A stretch of DNA of 63,098 bases from the IMG/VR virus record IMGVR_UViG_3300044641_004951, positions 1-63,098 of that record; one strand, given 5' to 3'. Position numbers and translations under genes: made by a program. Numbering within the stretch: position 1 is the first letter of the stretch; each line of letters starts with the position of its first letter. This document shows, piece after piece, positions 30,204-40,079 of the stretch. This stretch comes from a virus (taxonomy: Duplodnaviria; Caudoviricetes). The notes under the pieces were generated by a model that saw only the letters and a program-made list of their open reading frames with translations, did not search any database and had not been told where the DNA came from.

Positions 30204-33200
30204 TTACCTCGAAGCATTTCTACCACCAGTGCTTGAATCCGTTGTTTGCGCATATCCATCAGTAATTTTTATCTCAGCCTTTAGCAGCACCTTAAAGCTG
30301 TTTGGCGTTATACTCATATTACCGATAAACTTAATGTTTGTGCCGTCACTTCCGATTGCTGATGTGAACTTATCCTGTCTTACCACTACTTCCTCATCAA
30401 ATGGAAGCATGATTACATTTTCATGCATTACATCTAGACCAGGCTCGGTAAGACTACCGTCCCCTACTACGTCAGCCTGCACGTCGCTATCGGTATAGTC
30501 TAGTCTGGCTTGAATATTGTATGTAGAACTAGGCGGGTATAGTCTAGTATTTACTTGATCGATGTAGCAGTTAAACTCAGTATCACCAGTATCCCCGCGG
30601 TTGTAATCGTTGAACTGCTCAACAAAGAAACCATTCTTGAATCTATTAGTACCATCAATACCACTTGGTATTAGCAGGTCTTTTGTTTTTTGTTCTAGCG
30701 AGTTTAGACTGGTATAATATTCAAGATTTTCTAGTCTTCTTTCCAGACGACTAATATCATTCATGGTGTAGCGAGTAACTTGCTGCTGCATTCCTAAGCT
30801 TCTAAGTTCTCGCTCGCCAATGGTGTAATTTCTTGCCCTTGTATTAACTGGCTTGGTAGTACCTGTACTCTTAGCAATAAGCGATACTGTATTGCTTGAC
30901 GGTACTCTTGGAAGAGAAGGATATGGAGGCACTGCAATAATACCTAGCGCCATAGTATCTGGAGGAAGTGAAGGTACGTTAGCATTCACGTCAGAAGATG
31001 TACCTTCTAAGATATTAAAGTCACCCTTAGTATCAATGGTAATAAGGTCAATTCTAGGCAGATAGTGCTCGTAAACCGCCGAGAACGTAGAATCAGGTAC
31101 TGGGAATAACTTATCGCTAGAATTAAATGTAGATGTTGTTACTGGATTAACAGTTGCTGATCCTACTGTAGATGTAAGGACGGCAGTGTTACTAATTCTC
31201 GGTCTAAAGTCTATTACATCTCTTAAATCTCTATAACTACCATATGAATTAATAAACTCCGGTACCTCAACTATATTAATAGCCGTATTGCCTAGACCAG
31301 CTGCATTACTATTATTAGATGTAATCGTATAAGATCCAATAGTAAAGAAACCTTCAGAAGATGTAGTAAATGCATCTAAGTCAACCAGCAACCAGTCTGA
31401 TGTGGATAATGAATAGTCGCTATTATAAACTTTAACTAACTTCGAATGATCGTAATGACTGTCTTTTTGTCCATTGTCAAGGAAGAAGTATCTAGTTACG
31501 TTTGTAGAGTTGGTATTAACTGCCGAACTACCAGCAACGTAAACATTATTAAGTCTAAATCCATCAGGCACGCCCAGACACCAAGGCCCGTTATTGGATG
31601 CTACGTTATTGGCCATACTTAACTTAACATAAAGATTTCTCTTAATGTTTTTAGTTACTGGCGTTGCACCTTGACGAGAGACGTTAAGGGTAATTTGATT
31701 TTCCGTTGAACTAGTAATACCGGTACCTAGATCAATAGTTAACGTAGTACCATCTCCATTAGTGTTTGCAGAAAAAGTACTTGAAGTAGAGATAGGTAAT
31801 AACGCAGGGAATACTCTTCTTACCGTTGCACTTGCGTTAGTAGAATTAGAATACACACCACTCAAAGTCAAAGTATTTACGTTTACTACAGATTCTACTC
31901 TATAATTAAATGTATTCGACCCATTAACAATTTGAATATGATCACCATCGTCAAAGAACGTTCCAATATTGGTTCCTGTAACAGTAGTAGAATTATTTGT
32001 TATACTAATAGAAGTATAGTTAGTACTACCCACCATAGTAACAGAAGGTACAATTACAAGATCTCTTAGCTGAACACTATTAAGTGTTACTGACGAGCCG
32101 TAACTAATCTTATCCGCTCCAGAAACAGTAACAGTAGCTATACCAGAAGTAGCTACGTTAGCCGTGCTAGTAGTTCTGTACTGATAAGTTATAGCGTTTG
32201 CTGACTTGACGGCATTTAATCCTGTAGTGAATACTAGCGTATTAAATTTGTTATCTTTTAATACCGCCTCATTCTGCGAGGTTTGTGGATTGGTTTCTAG
32301 TACTAAGTCAGCATATGCTTCAGGAGAAGACGAGTAAATGCTCTGAACGGCCTTAAATGACTTACCTGCGTTCATTACAATATCAAACAGATACAATCTA
32401 TATCTAGCCGTAGGAGTTCCAGGAACTCCTGAATCTAATACCACCGATCTAACTCTTGCCGTACCTATTGACGTACCTGGCGATGTTGCACCAGAAATAT
32501 AATTCTTTGGCGCAGGATATAACTCAACCTGATCACCGGTCTTAAAGTCAAAAGAACCAGCTAGCTCTTCTACCAGTACATAATTGCCGTAATTAAGACT
32601 AATAGTGCGAGAATCGGTAATCTTAGTATCTACTCCTCTTCTAAGAGGTAGAGTAGTATTTTGCCTACTACCAACTCTAACGCCACTCACATATGCAAGT
32701 CCAGGGTCAACTACTAAGTCAACGTAGTTGTTATTTGTCGTAGATTTGTCCTTGGTAGACATAACGAACTTATCGATAACGAAATTGCCAGCTGTCTCTC
32801 TAGTACGTCTCTGCATTTCCTTACCGATTTCATTATACTGAGTATAATTAAATTCCCTGCTCGGCTCCCCATCCTTAAATTCAACTAACGGCAAGAATGT
32901 ATTATTTGCGCCAATACTATCGGTATTTACTACTCTTAAGGTAGGAGTAAGTTTTAATCGGTTAGCACCTGGGGCAGCGTAGTTAGGAGTCCCCGTAGCA
33001 AGATCTAGTAGAGTAGAGTCCACGCTACTATTAACTATCGATTCAGTAGTTACAAAACCTACCGTAACACCATTTACATTACTAGAGTATGCATTGACAA
33101 TAATAGTCTGAGGTTCAACTCGTACAAAATGACCTTTATGGAATATAATTCCTTCAGTAACACTAAATGCGTACCCATTACCAACAGGGGTTGTACCGCT

Positions 33201-34217
33201 AGCATTATATAAAGAACCAGCTACAGTCACTTGTGCTTTATAATTGTATGGGGTAATATTAAGATTAGTTAGAGTGCCGCTAGACGTACGAATAGAAACG
33301 TGTGGTAGAACATCATAGTTAGAACCCGGTGATACTAGTGAAATGTCACTTACAATACCTGAACCGTCAGTAGTAATTGTGGCAGATGCTCCAGACCCAA
33401 CCTTAGCAACTACTAAGGCTGAATTACTACCCTGGACAATATTCTGCCCAGCGGTAATATTCCACTTGTTAGAAGTAACGTCTGGATTAGAAAGATCGGC
33501 GTTTATAGGACGTATCTTTAACAGGGTATACCCAGCCCCAGATGTATAGGTGTTAGATCCTACTTGAATAGTACCAAAAGTACTATTTGATTCTATGACG
33601 TAAACGTTAGCTGTATTAGCGCCAATGGTCTGACTTACACCAGCACCAGAACCTATAGTGCTATTAGCCACAACGATAGCGCTAATAATTTGTACGGTAT
33701 CTGAATTAGAAAAACCCGTACCGCCGTTCACAACATTAAAGTCATAAAGCTGGAACGCATCACTGTAAACAGTAAGCACGTCATCGGCAGCAAATGTAGA
33801 AGTTGATCCGCTAGTACCTGCATTAATATATTTTAAGAATATATAATTGGTATCTGGGTCACGGGATTGGAAACCAGTTCTGTAATTGACTACCTGGGCG
33901 ATTAAATTAGAACTGTTCTTAGCGTATAGTCCAACATATGTAGACGGTACTACTGGCTGGCCGTCGACCTGTAAGTCAAGAATCTTTACATAGTTATACT
34001 TAAAATTGTAGCGAAAATTAACCCCGCTAATAATAGTACCACTTTTAAATATATGATCGCCAAACTTTTCAATCTGGTTTTGTAGTATAGATTGAAGCTG
34101 GGTAAGTTCACGGGCCTGTAAAGCAACGCCTGGTCTAAACAGTATCTTGTAATAATCATTAGTAGGGGTGTAATCGTCAAAATATGGCGATACGTTTAGA
34201 TTAGTCTCAATAGGCAT
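30204..34217 (-). CDS. VrlC/DUF4815-like virion structural protein
   Basis: NLNVSPYFDDY...YKILFRPGVALQARELTQLQSILQNQIEKFG; RYTMNDISRLERRLENLEYYTSL; RFKNGFFVE. Confidence 0.85.
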   Translation of the reverse strand: MPIETNLNVSPYFDDYTPTNDYYKILFRPGVALQARELTQLQSILQNQIEKFGDHIFKSGTIISGVNFRYNFKYNYVKILDLQVDGQPVVPSTYVGLYAKNSSNLIAQVVNYRTGFQSRDPDTNYIFLKYINAGTSGSTSTFAADDVLTVYSDAFQLYDFNVVNGGTGFSNSDTVQIISAIVVANSTIGSGAGVSQTIGANTANVYVIESNSTFGTIQVGSNTYTSGAGYTLLKIRPINADLSNPDVTSNKWNITAGQNIVQGSNSALVVAKVGSGASATITTDGSGIVSDISLVSPGSNYDVLPHVSIRTSSGTLTNLNITPYNYKAQVTVAGSLYNASGTTPVGNGYAFSVTEGIIFHKGHFVRVEPQTIIVNAYSSNVNGVTVGFVTTESIVNSSVDSTLLDLATGTPNYAAPGANRLKLTPTLRVVNTDSIGANNTFLPLVEFKDGEPSREFNYTQYNEIGKEMQRRTRETAGNFVIDKFVMSTKDKSTTNNNYVDLVVDPGLAYVSGVRVGSRQNTTLPLRRGVDTKITDSRTISLNYGNYVLVEELAGSFDFKTGDQVELYPAPKNYISGATSPGTSIGTARVRSVVLDSGVPGTPTARYRLYLFDIVMNAGKSFKAVQSIYSSSPEAYADLVLETNPQTSQNEAVLKDNKFNTLVFTTGLNAVKSANAITYQYRTTSTANVATSGIATVTVSGADKISYGSSVTLNSVQLRDLVIVPSVTMVGSTNYTSISITNNSTTVTGTNIGTFFDDGDHIQIVNGSNTFNYRVESVVNVNTLTLSGVYSNSTNASATVRRVFPALLPISTSSTFSANTNGDGTTLTIDLGTGITSSTENQITLNVSRQGATPVTKNIKRNLYVKLSMANNVASNNGPWCLGVPDGFRLNNVYVAGSSAVNTNSTNVTRYFFLDNGQKDSHYDHSKLVKVYNSDYSLSTSDWLLVDLDAFTTSSEGFFTIGSYTITSNNSNAAGLGNTAINIVEVPEFINSYGSYRDLRDVIDFRPRISNTAVLTSTVGSATVNPVTTSTFNSSDKLFPVPDSTFSAVYEHYLPRIDLITIDTKGDFNILEGTSSDVNANVPSLPPDTMALGIIAVPPYPSLPRVPSSNTVSLIAKSTGTTKPVNTRARNYTIGERELRSLGMQQQVTRYTMNDISRLERRLENLEYYTSLNSLEQKTKDLLIPSGIDGTNRFKNGFFVEQFNDYNRGDTGDTEFNCYIDQVNTRLYPPSSTYNIQARLDYTDSDVQADVVGDGSLTEPGLDVMHENVIMLPFDEEVVVRQDKFTSAIGSDGTNIKFIGNMSITPNSFKVLLKAEIKITDGYAQTTDSSTGGRNASR

Positions 34218-34226
34218 TTTTACCTC

Positions 34227-36242
34227 TTAAAATTTCAAAACCAGTCTTATGGTTTCTGATTGTGAGTTTGATCGTGTTACAGGTTCTATATTCTCTATGT
34301 ATAATAGGTCTCCAGAGCCTTTGACTACATCAGATGTGTATTTAATAGAGCCTAGAGTGTAGTATCCTCCACTCTCGTTCTGTAAAGGTGTAGCAGGGTC
34401 GGCGTTTATGGGTCCGCGCTCACTAGTTAAGAAAACGTGCGTTGTATTAGCCGAATGATAATATGCATTAGAAAGAGATATGTTATCCTGATATACTAAG
34501 TCGTCTTCATCGAAGTCACCAGATACTGAACTGTAATTTATTCTAGTTCTAGCGTCAAAGGTATTCCATGAATTGTAATTCTTCTCGTTTACCCCTATTG
34601 CAGTAACATTAGCCATAGCACCAGATGCTGCACCAATTATTCTCTTACCTACAGCAAGCTTAGGATCAGTATTTCCTAGAGTAATGTATGGGCTGCTATT
34701 TCCTATCTTAATACCTCTAGCAACGATAGCAGCATAAGCAATCTTGCCCCCGGTATCAATAGTAAGCCCGCTGTTACTATTTAAAACAATACTCGTTGTA
34801 TTTGTAACTGCATTAATTGTTCTGATGAACTGTAAGTTATTGATCGTATCAAAAACTATTACATTATCACCCGCCTTTAAAAACCCATTAAATTCTGTAT
34901 CAGTGCCAGTCAATATTGTATTACTTGAGTTAGATGATACAGTACCCGTTAACGTAGTATAATCAACCTGATAAACAGTCTCACCAGCAACAAAAGTTCC
35001 AGATTCGGTACCTAAGGTTAAGTTAACGTTATTAAAGAGAGGATCTTTAAGCACTGCTATTTGCCCGAAATCATTCTCAGTACTTACATATCCGCTCTCA
35101 TTATTAGCAAAAGTAACGCTAATACCTAAATGTCTACTACCTAACTCATTAATAGTATCGCTACCGTGCCCACCACCAGGTGGTATAATCACGTTAAGAG
35201 TAGCACTATTACTCACCCCGCCAGTATTACCCGTAATTACAGCTGATGCATATGTATACCCTTCGCCTCTATCTCTTAATACGATTCCATTAATATAATT
35301 GTTTACTCCAGCTCCTGAAGTAACAGTTGCGTAACCTATCGCATTAGTAGTGCCATCTCCAAGTACTTGCACATAAGGAGCTACGGTATACTCAGTACCC
35401 GATGTCGGGGATGTGTCAAAAACTCTGTCTACAGTAGCAACTCTACTGGCAGCTGAATAGCTTACTATTTTTCTAAGTTGTCCCGAGCCTGTTCCTGCAG
35501 TTATAACGATGCCGCTACCTACGTAAAAATCATTATTGGATGAGGCCGTGTTAGCTAGTTTGTATGTAGTAGTGTTACCTCCAGGTATTGCATCTCTTAA
35601 ATCAGTTGCCGTAAATATACCTGATAGGGTTGCAACATAATTAGAACCTGGATACGTAATAGTAATAACGTCAATAGCTCCAGAAACTACGTTTGCAGCT
35701 ACGTTTGCACTTTGTACAACAGGCATGTATTCAGACGTGGCAAATTTTTCAAAGTCATCCTCGGTCATCTTATACATTAACTTCCAGACGTAACCATCCG
35801 AAGTAGTAGTAAAGTTACATGCACCTTCACTTGTGCTAGTTGACCCTGGGTTTACTGTTGAATTAGCCCCGCCATTATTACTTAATACCTTATAAACATA
35901 ATAAGTTGAGCCCTGATCGCTAACTACGTAAAATTGCTTATCAAATAATCCGGTATCTGTATCACTGTACATGCTGTAAACCGTATTAGTCGTCCAGTTC
36001 ACTCTGGGTATCATGTAAGATACATCATTTGAATTTATTTTTTTACCAAAGACTAATTGCTCGTAGTAATCAGTCTCTACATCTTTAATTCTATCGTAAG
36101 GCGTTGTGACAGTGTTATTTGCGTAGGGAGTATGCTTGCTAGTAGTAACGTAGTAAACGTTATTAGCTGGTTCACTAATAGATTCAATAATCTGTTCTAC
36201 AGCATGCTTGCCTAACTTCTTAGTAATTAACTGGTTACCCAT
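34227..36242 (-). CDS. gp8: Baseplate wedge subunit (T4 gp8-like)
   Basis: IPRVNW..NTVYSMY, FYVV...VYKVLSN, DGYVWKLMY, KFATSEYMPV, GGHG, SGDLLYIEN...ETIRLVLKF. Confidence 0.85.
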   Translation of the reverse strand: MGNQLITKKLGKHAVEQIIESISEPANNVYYVTTSKHTPYANNTVTTPYDRIKDVETDYYEQLVFGKKINSNDVSYMIPRVNWTTNTVYSMYSDTDTGLFDKQFYVVSDQGSTYYVYKVLSNNGGANSTVNPGSTSTSEGACNFTTTSDGYVWKLMYKMTEDDFEKFATSEYMPVVQSANVAANVVSGAIDVITITYPGSNYVATLSGIFTATDLRDAIPGGNTTTYKLANTASSNNDFYVGSGIVITAGTGSGQLRKIVSYSAASRVATVDRVFDTSPTSGTEYTVAPYVQVLGDGTTNAIGYATVTSGAGVNNYINGIVLRDRGEGYTYASAVITGNTGGVSNSATLNVIIPPGGGHGSDTINELGSRHLGISVTFANNESGYVSTENDFGQIAVLKDPLFNNVNLTLGTESGTFVAGETVYQVDYTTLTGTVSSNSSNTILTGTDTEFNGFLKAGDNVIVFDTINNLQFIRTINAVTNTTSIVLNSNSGLTIDTGGKIAYAAIVARGIKIGNSSPYITLGNTDPKLAVGKRIIGAASGAMANVTAIGVNEKNYNSWNTFDARTRINYSSVSGDFDEDDLVYQDNISLSNAYYHSANTTHVFLTSERGPINADPATPLQNESGGYYTLGSIKYTSDVVKGSGDLLYIENIEPVTRSNSQSETIRLVLKF

Positions 36243-36245
36243 ATA

Positions 36246-39200
36246 TTATGCTATTGTTATTGAACTATTAGCCACCGAAATAGTACTGTCGGCAAGTGAT
36301 GAAGTTACATATTTACCAAACATTCTAGTACCTGCCACGTGTAAGATGCTTTTCAGCATGTCTTTATAACTATCGAATGGAACTTGAGTGCGTACCTCAT
36401 ATGAGAATTCTTGATAGAATTCCCCGTCGTGTAGATATCTGTAGTTATCTGTAAATCCATCGTATGAGGTATATCTACCTTCTTCATTACCTTGGTTAAG
36501 TATATTTGCTTTACCAGAAGCAACTCTTTCACCGTCTTCTGATACAATATTTATACCTTCGTCTTGAACGTAACCGAACCCAGAGCTAACTATCTGTAGA
36601 TTAGAAATAGAACCTGTTGCGGTAACGACGTTAGCAGCAATGTTAGCATTTAATCCTATAATAGCACGATTATTATCTGGTATTGCATAACTAATTTCTG
36701 CATTAGCACCTGACGTTATACCAATAATATAGTTAGAGGTATTAGGGGCGAACTCAGTAAATAAAGAAATTCGCTTTACATTCAATATCCCAGTATCGAC
36801 GTTATAAGAGATAACTCTACCTCTTGCCGTCACTGTGTCAGTATCACTGTTATTGGCGCTAGTAACATTCAATTGACTATTAGAAGTTAATCCTATTAGC
36901 TTGTAAATAACCGTATTAGAGGCGCTAGAAATTAAAGTACTGCCTGAAGCACCGGTAACATTAGTAGAATTAGCCTGGAAAGTACCTGTCACATTTATTA
37001 CTACTAAAGTATTGGCATTCAAAGCTTCTAATTTTCCGCTTGCTGTAGATTGAGTAAGAGTTTCCCCTGCAACAAATCCTGTAGTCGTAGATACTGTTAG
37101 TATAGAAGCATTAGTAGTGTTACTGAACGTACCCGAAGCATTTTCTATCTCTATAGTATGTACTCCGGTGCTCTCAGAAGCCACTCTAACAGTACCCTCG
37201 CCTGCTATAGTAATTCCATTATTAGTAAATACATACTCAGATATATCAAAGGTAGAAGTGTTACCGGAGTAATTATTACCCACCACGGTAACAGTATTAA
37301 TAGTATTATATTGCTGCACTAGTTCACCAGGTGTAAATACCCCGTTATTGTTTTTAAGTGCTAAAATATAATCTCTCTTACCATAAGCAGCCACACTAGG
37401 CTCAAATGCAAGAGCAAATGGATCGATGTTGTAATTTTCACCTGGGTTAATACCTGTAAGAGATGCTATAGTGCCTATTGTTTTTTGTTCAAAAGTAAGC
37501 AGATCTAGTATTAAATACGAAATATCACCTACAGGCAATTTTGGAAATCCAAGAGGAAATAGAGCTACTATATCGGCACCAGAGCCTGAAGAACTACCCC
37601 CGCTAGAATTTGCAATAGTTAAAGTCGGAGAAGAAATATAACCATCCCCTACGTTAGCAGATAATGAAACTCCGGTTATTACACCACTAGAATCTGTAAC
37701 TATAGTGGCATTTCCTGCACTGGTGTTAGAACTACCACCTGCAAACGTTATTTTGTCAGTATTACTATATCCAGAGCCTCCGGTAATTATTAGTAAATCA
37801 CTTATGTAACCGTATGTTGAATTAGCCCCGCAAATTAACATCTCAGAAAACTTTACTGAGTTTGATCCTGGTCCGTCGTTATTAGCGGATATTCGGTTAG
37901 GAGATAATAATACCGTCTCTAAATCACTTATGAAACCTATATCAAAGTCCGCACCTGTGCCTGTAGATACCGAGCTCACATTAGGTGTGGTTAAAGTCTC
38001 ATTTTCAATCACTAATGATAACTTAGAGACATTAGTGCCGTAAAATGTATTAGAAATATTAGAAACACCAACCGCTGTAGAATTACTGCCTACGACGTTG
38101 CCAGTAGCTGTAATATTGGTGAAGGATGAGAATGTACCGCCAACCAGACTTCCAATTTTAATTATAGTATTACTAGACGTTGTGGTTGAGGTGTTGCTTC
38201 CAGTATTCCACACACCGGTGACCGAGCTTAAATTGTACAGCCTACCAAGTTCTACCCCAGAAGAAGTAGCAGTAGCTATAACAGTAGTATTCGAATTGTC
38301 GCTGTATACCGCAAGAGCACTAGAATTATTAAACGTACCTACAGTATTACTTACCGCAATCACCGCCACGTTAGTACGTGCATAATTGCTCTCTTTTGGT
38401 GTTGCGGAAATGTATCCGTAAGCACCGGTATCGGCTTGGAAAATATAATTACCAACGGCCAGTCCGTTGTTAGTACTACTACCTCCACTAATGCTTATAA
38501 TAGTTACTGGTCTTGATTCAGTAACTGTACCTGTACCTGTTATGCTAGAACTCGTATAGTGTCTAAGCTCATCACCAACATTAAAAGTTATAGAGTTATT
38601 AGTAACAATAACCGATCTGCCCGTAACAGCTAAAGAACTAGCCGATAGAGTATTGCCGTTAATAGGTGAAATAATTAATAGCGCGTTATTGGTGTAGGCA
38701 GTTTTATTTGAAGATGCTACTACACAGGTATTGCCTCCAGGGGTAACTAAAATATCCGAATTAGATACTTCACCTATAATATTATTAAGGGTTAAATTAA
38801 ATAGAGATTGGGTAGCTGTAGTTCCTAGAGGAATTGATTTAGGGTATATTTTAACGTAATTGTTCTTAATGTAAGTATTAGCAATTACAAAAGGCATAAT
38901 CTGGTTTCGTAGCCAGTCTCTTGCACCTACGGAAATAGTGTTAGAATTTTCTGCGTATTTTTTAAAGTTGCTTACATCAGCGGTATTCATACTACCGCTG
39001 TTATCGGTGTCGTATACTTTGTATGACGTACCGGTTACTGTAGTGTCTAAGAATGATCTTAAGGTTGAATCTAATGAACCTAATGACTGCAGCGATCTTT
39101 CTATATCAACATAACTCGCTACATAAAAACTATCAAAATTGTAGACTAAATTCTCACTTACATAATCAAACGTTGATACTGATCCATTTACAGTAAAATC

Positions 39201-40079
39201 CGATGCAAGAGTAAGGACTTTAGAAGATACAATAGTATTAGCCGTAGTACTATATCCCCAGCCTCCGTCTATAAGTTCAAAGCTAACTAGACCAGTCTCA
39301 TCAGATACTGCAAGTACTTTAGCCTTGCCCTCAACCCCTCTTGCACTAGTTAGATTTACAATTTCGCCGACGGTAAAGTTTTGCCCGGAAAGCGTAATAT
39401 CTATTGATGTAAGAGAGCCTATTACCTTTGGGCAATCTACTACCGAACCTTCGGTATTAATGATATCGTCTTTCTCGAAGTTACCTGTCAAGTTACTAAT
39501 GTAAATGATATCGATTAAGTTACCTTTAATATTTCTAGTAATTAAATACTCAACAACCGCTGTAGCACCGGATTGACTACCAGTAACTAATTTACCAACG
39601 AATGACTTTGTTTTTTCCGTTCTGGTCAGTTCAAGATAAACAGGTACCAACCATTTACCATCAGAAAGCTTTAATACATGATCACCAGGAGTAAATACTT
39701 CTACCTTAGTACCAAAAACCAACTTAAATAGTAAATCAATAGATCGTTCTGTACCTTTAGATCTGAATAGATCTAATGCGGACTTGACCAATAATCTCTT
39801 ATTAGTTAATACATTAATATCTACACCTTTAAGATATTTTTCCTTAAAATAAACTATAAACTCATCTACGGTCCTGTCAATATCTCTATAATTTAATAGA
39901 TTTCGAGTTTGATATACTGACTTACCAGCGACATTTTCACCGTCTATAACTTCATTATAAGTTTCAAGCCACTTATAATATTCTTCAGCAAAGAGAATAA
40001 AGAGTGGTCCATCTTCCTGATAAAAGTCAGGAAATTGTTCTTTAACTAACGGGGAAATAAATGAGTCTAATTGAGTCAT
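36246..40079 (-). CDS. gp7: Baseplate wedge initiator (T4 gp7-like)
   Basis: QFPDFYQEDGP..F.EEYYKWLE, FRSKGTERSI.LLFK, C-terminal DGEFYQEFSYEV...LHVAGTRMFG; lies between gp6 and gp8. Confidence 0.78.
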   Translation of the reverse strand: MTQLDSFISPLVKEQFPDFYQEDGPLFILFAEEYYKWLETYNEVIDGENVAGKSVYQTRNLLNYRDIDRTVDEFIVYFKEKYLKGVDINVLTNKRLLVKSALDLFRSKGTERSIDLLFKLVFGTKVEVFTPGDHVLKLSDGKWLVPVYLELTRTEKTKSFVGKLVTGSQSGATAVVEYLITRNIKGNLIDIIYISNLTGNFEKDDIINTEGSVVDCPKVIGSLTSIDITLSGQNFTVGEIVNLTSARGVEGKAKVLAVSDETGLVSFELIDGGWGYSTTANTIVSSKVLTLASDFTVNGSVSTFDYVSENLVYNFDSFYVASYVDIERSLQSLGSLDSTLRSFLDTTVTGTSYKVYDTDNSGSMNTADVSNFKKYAENSNTISVGARDWLRNQIMPFVIANTYIKNNYVKIYPKSIPLGTTATQSLFNLTLNNIIGEVSNSDILVTPGGNTCVVASSNKTAYTNNALLIISPINGNTLSASSLAVTGRSVIVTNNSITFNVGDELRHYTSSSITGTGTVTESRPVTIISISGGSSTNNGLAVGNYIFQADTGAYGYISATPKESNYARTNVAVIAVSNTVGTFNNSSALAVYSDNSNTTVIATATSSGVELGRLYNLSSVTGVWNTGSNTSTTTSSNTIIKIGSLVGGTFSSFTNITATGNVVGSNSTAVGVSNISNTFYGTNVSKLSLVIENETLTTPNVSSVSTGTGADFDIGFISDLETVLLSPNRISANNDGPGSNSVKFSEMLICGANSTYGYISDLLIITGGSGYSNTDKITFAGGSSNTSAGNATIVTDSSGVITGVSLSANVGDGYISSPTLTIANSSGGSSSGSGADIVALFPLGFPKLPVGDISYLILDLLTFEQKTIGTIASLTGINPGENYNIDPFALAFEPSVAAYGKRDYILALKNNNGVFTPGELVQQYNTINTVTVVGNNYSGNTSTFDISEYVFTNNGITIAGEGTVRVASESTGVHTIEIENASGTFSNTTNASILTVSTTTGFVAGETLTQSTASGKLEALNANTLVVINVTGTFQANSTNVTGASGSTLISSASNTVIYKLIGLTSNSQLNVTSANNSDTDTVTARGRVISYNVDTGILNVKRISLFTEFAPNTSNYIIGITSGANAEISYAIPDNNRAIIGLNANIAANVVTATGSISNLQIVSSGFGYVQDEGINIVSEDGERVASGKANILNQGNEEGRYTSYDGFTDNYRYLHDGEFYQEFSYEVRTQVPFDSYKDMLKSILHVAGTRMFGKYVTSSLADSTISVANSSITIA

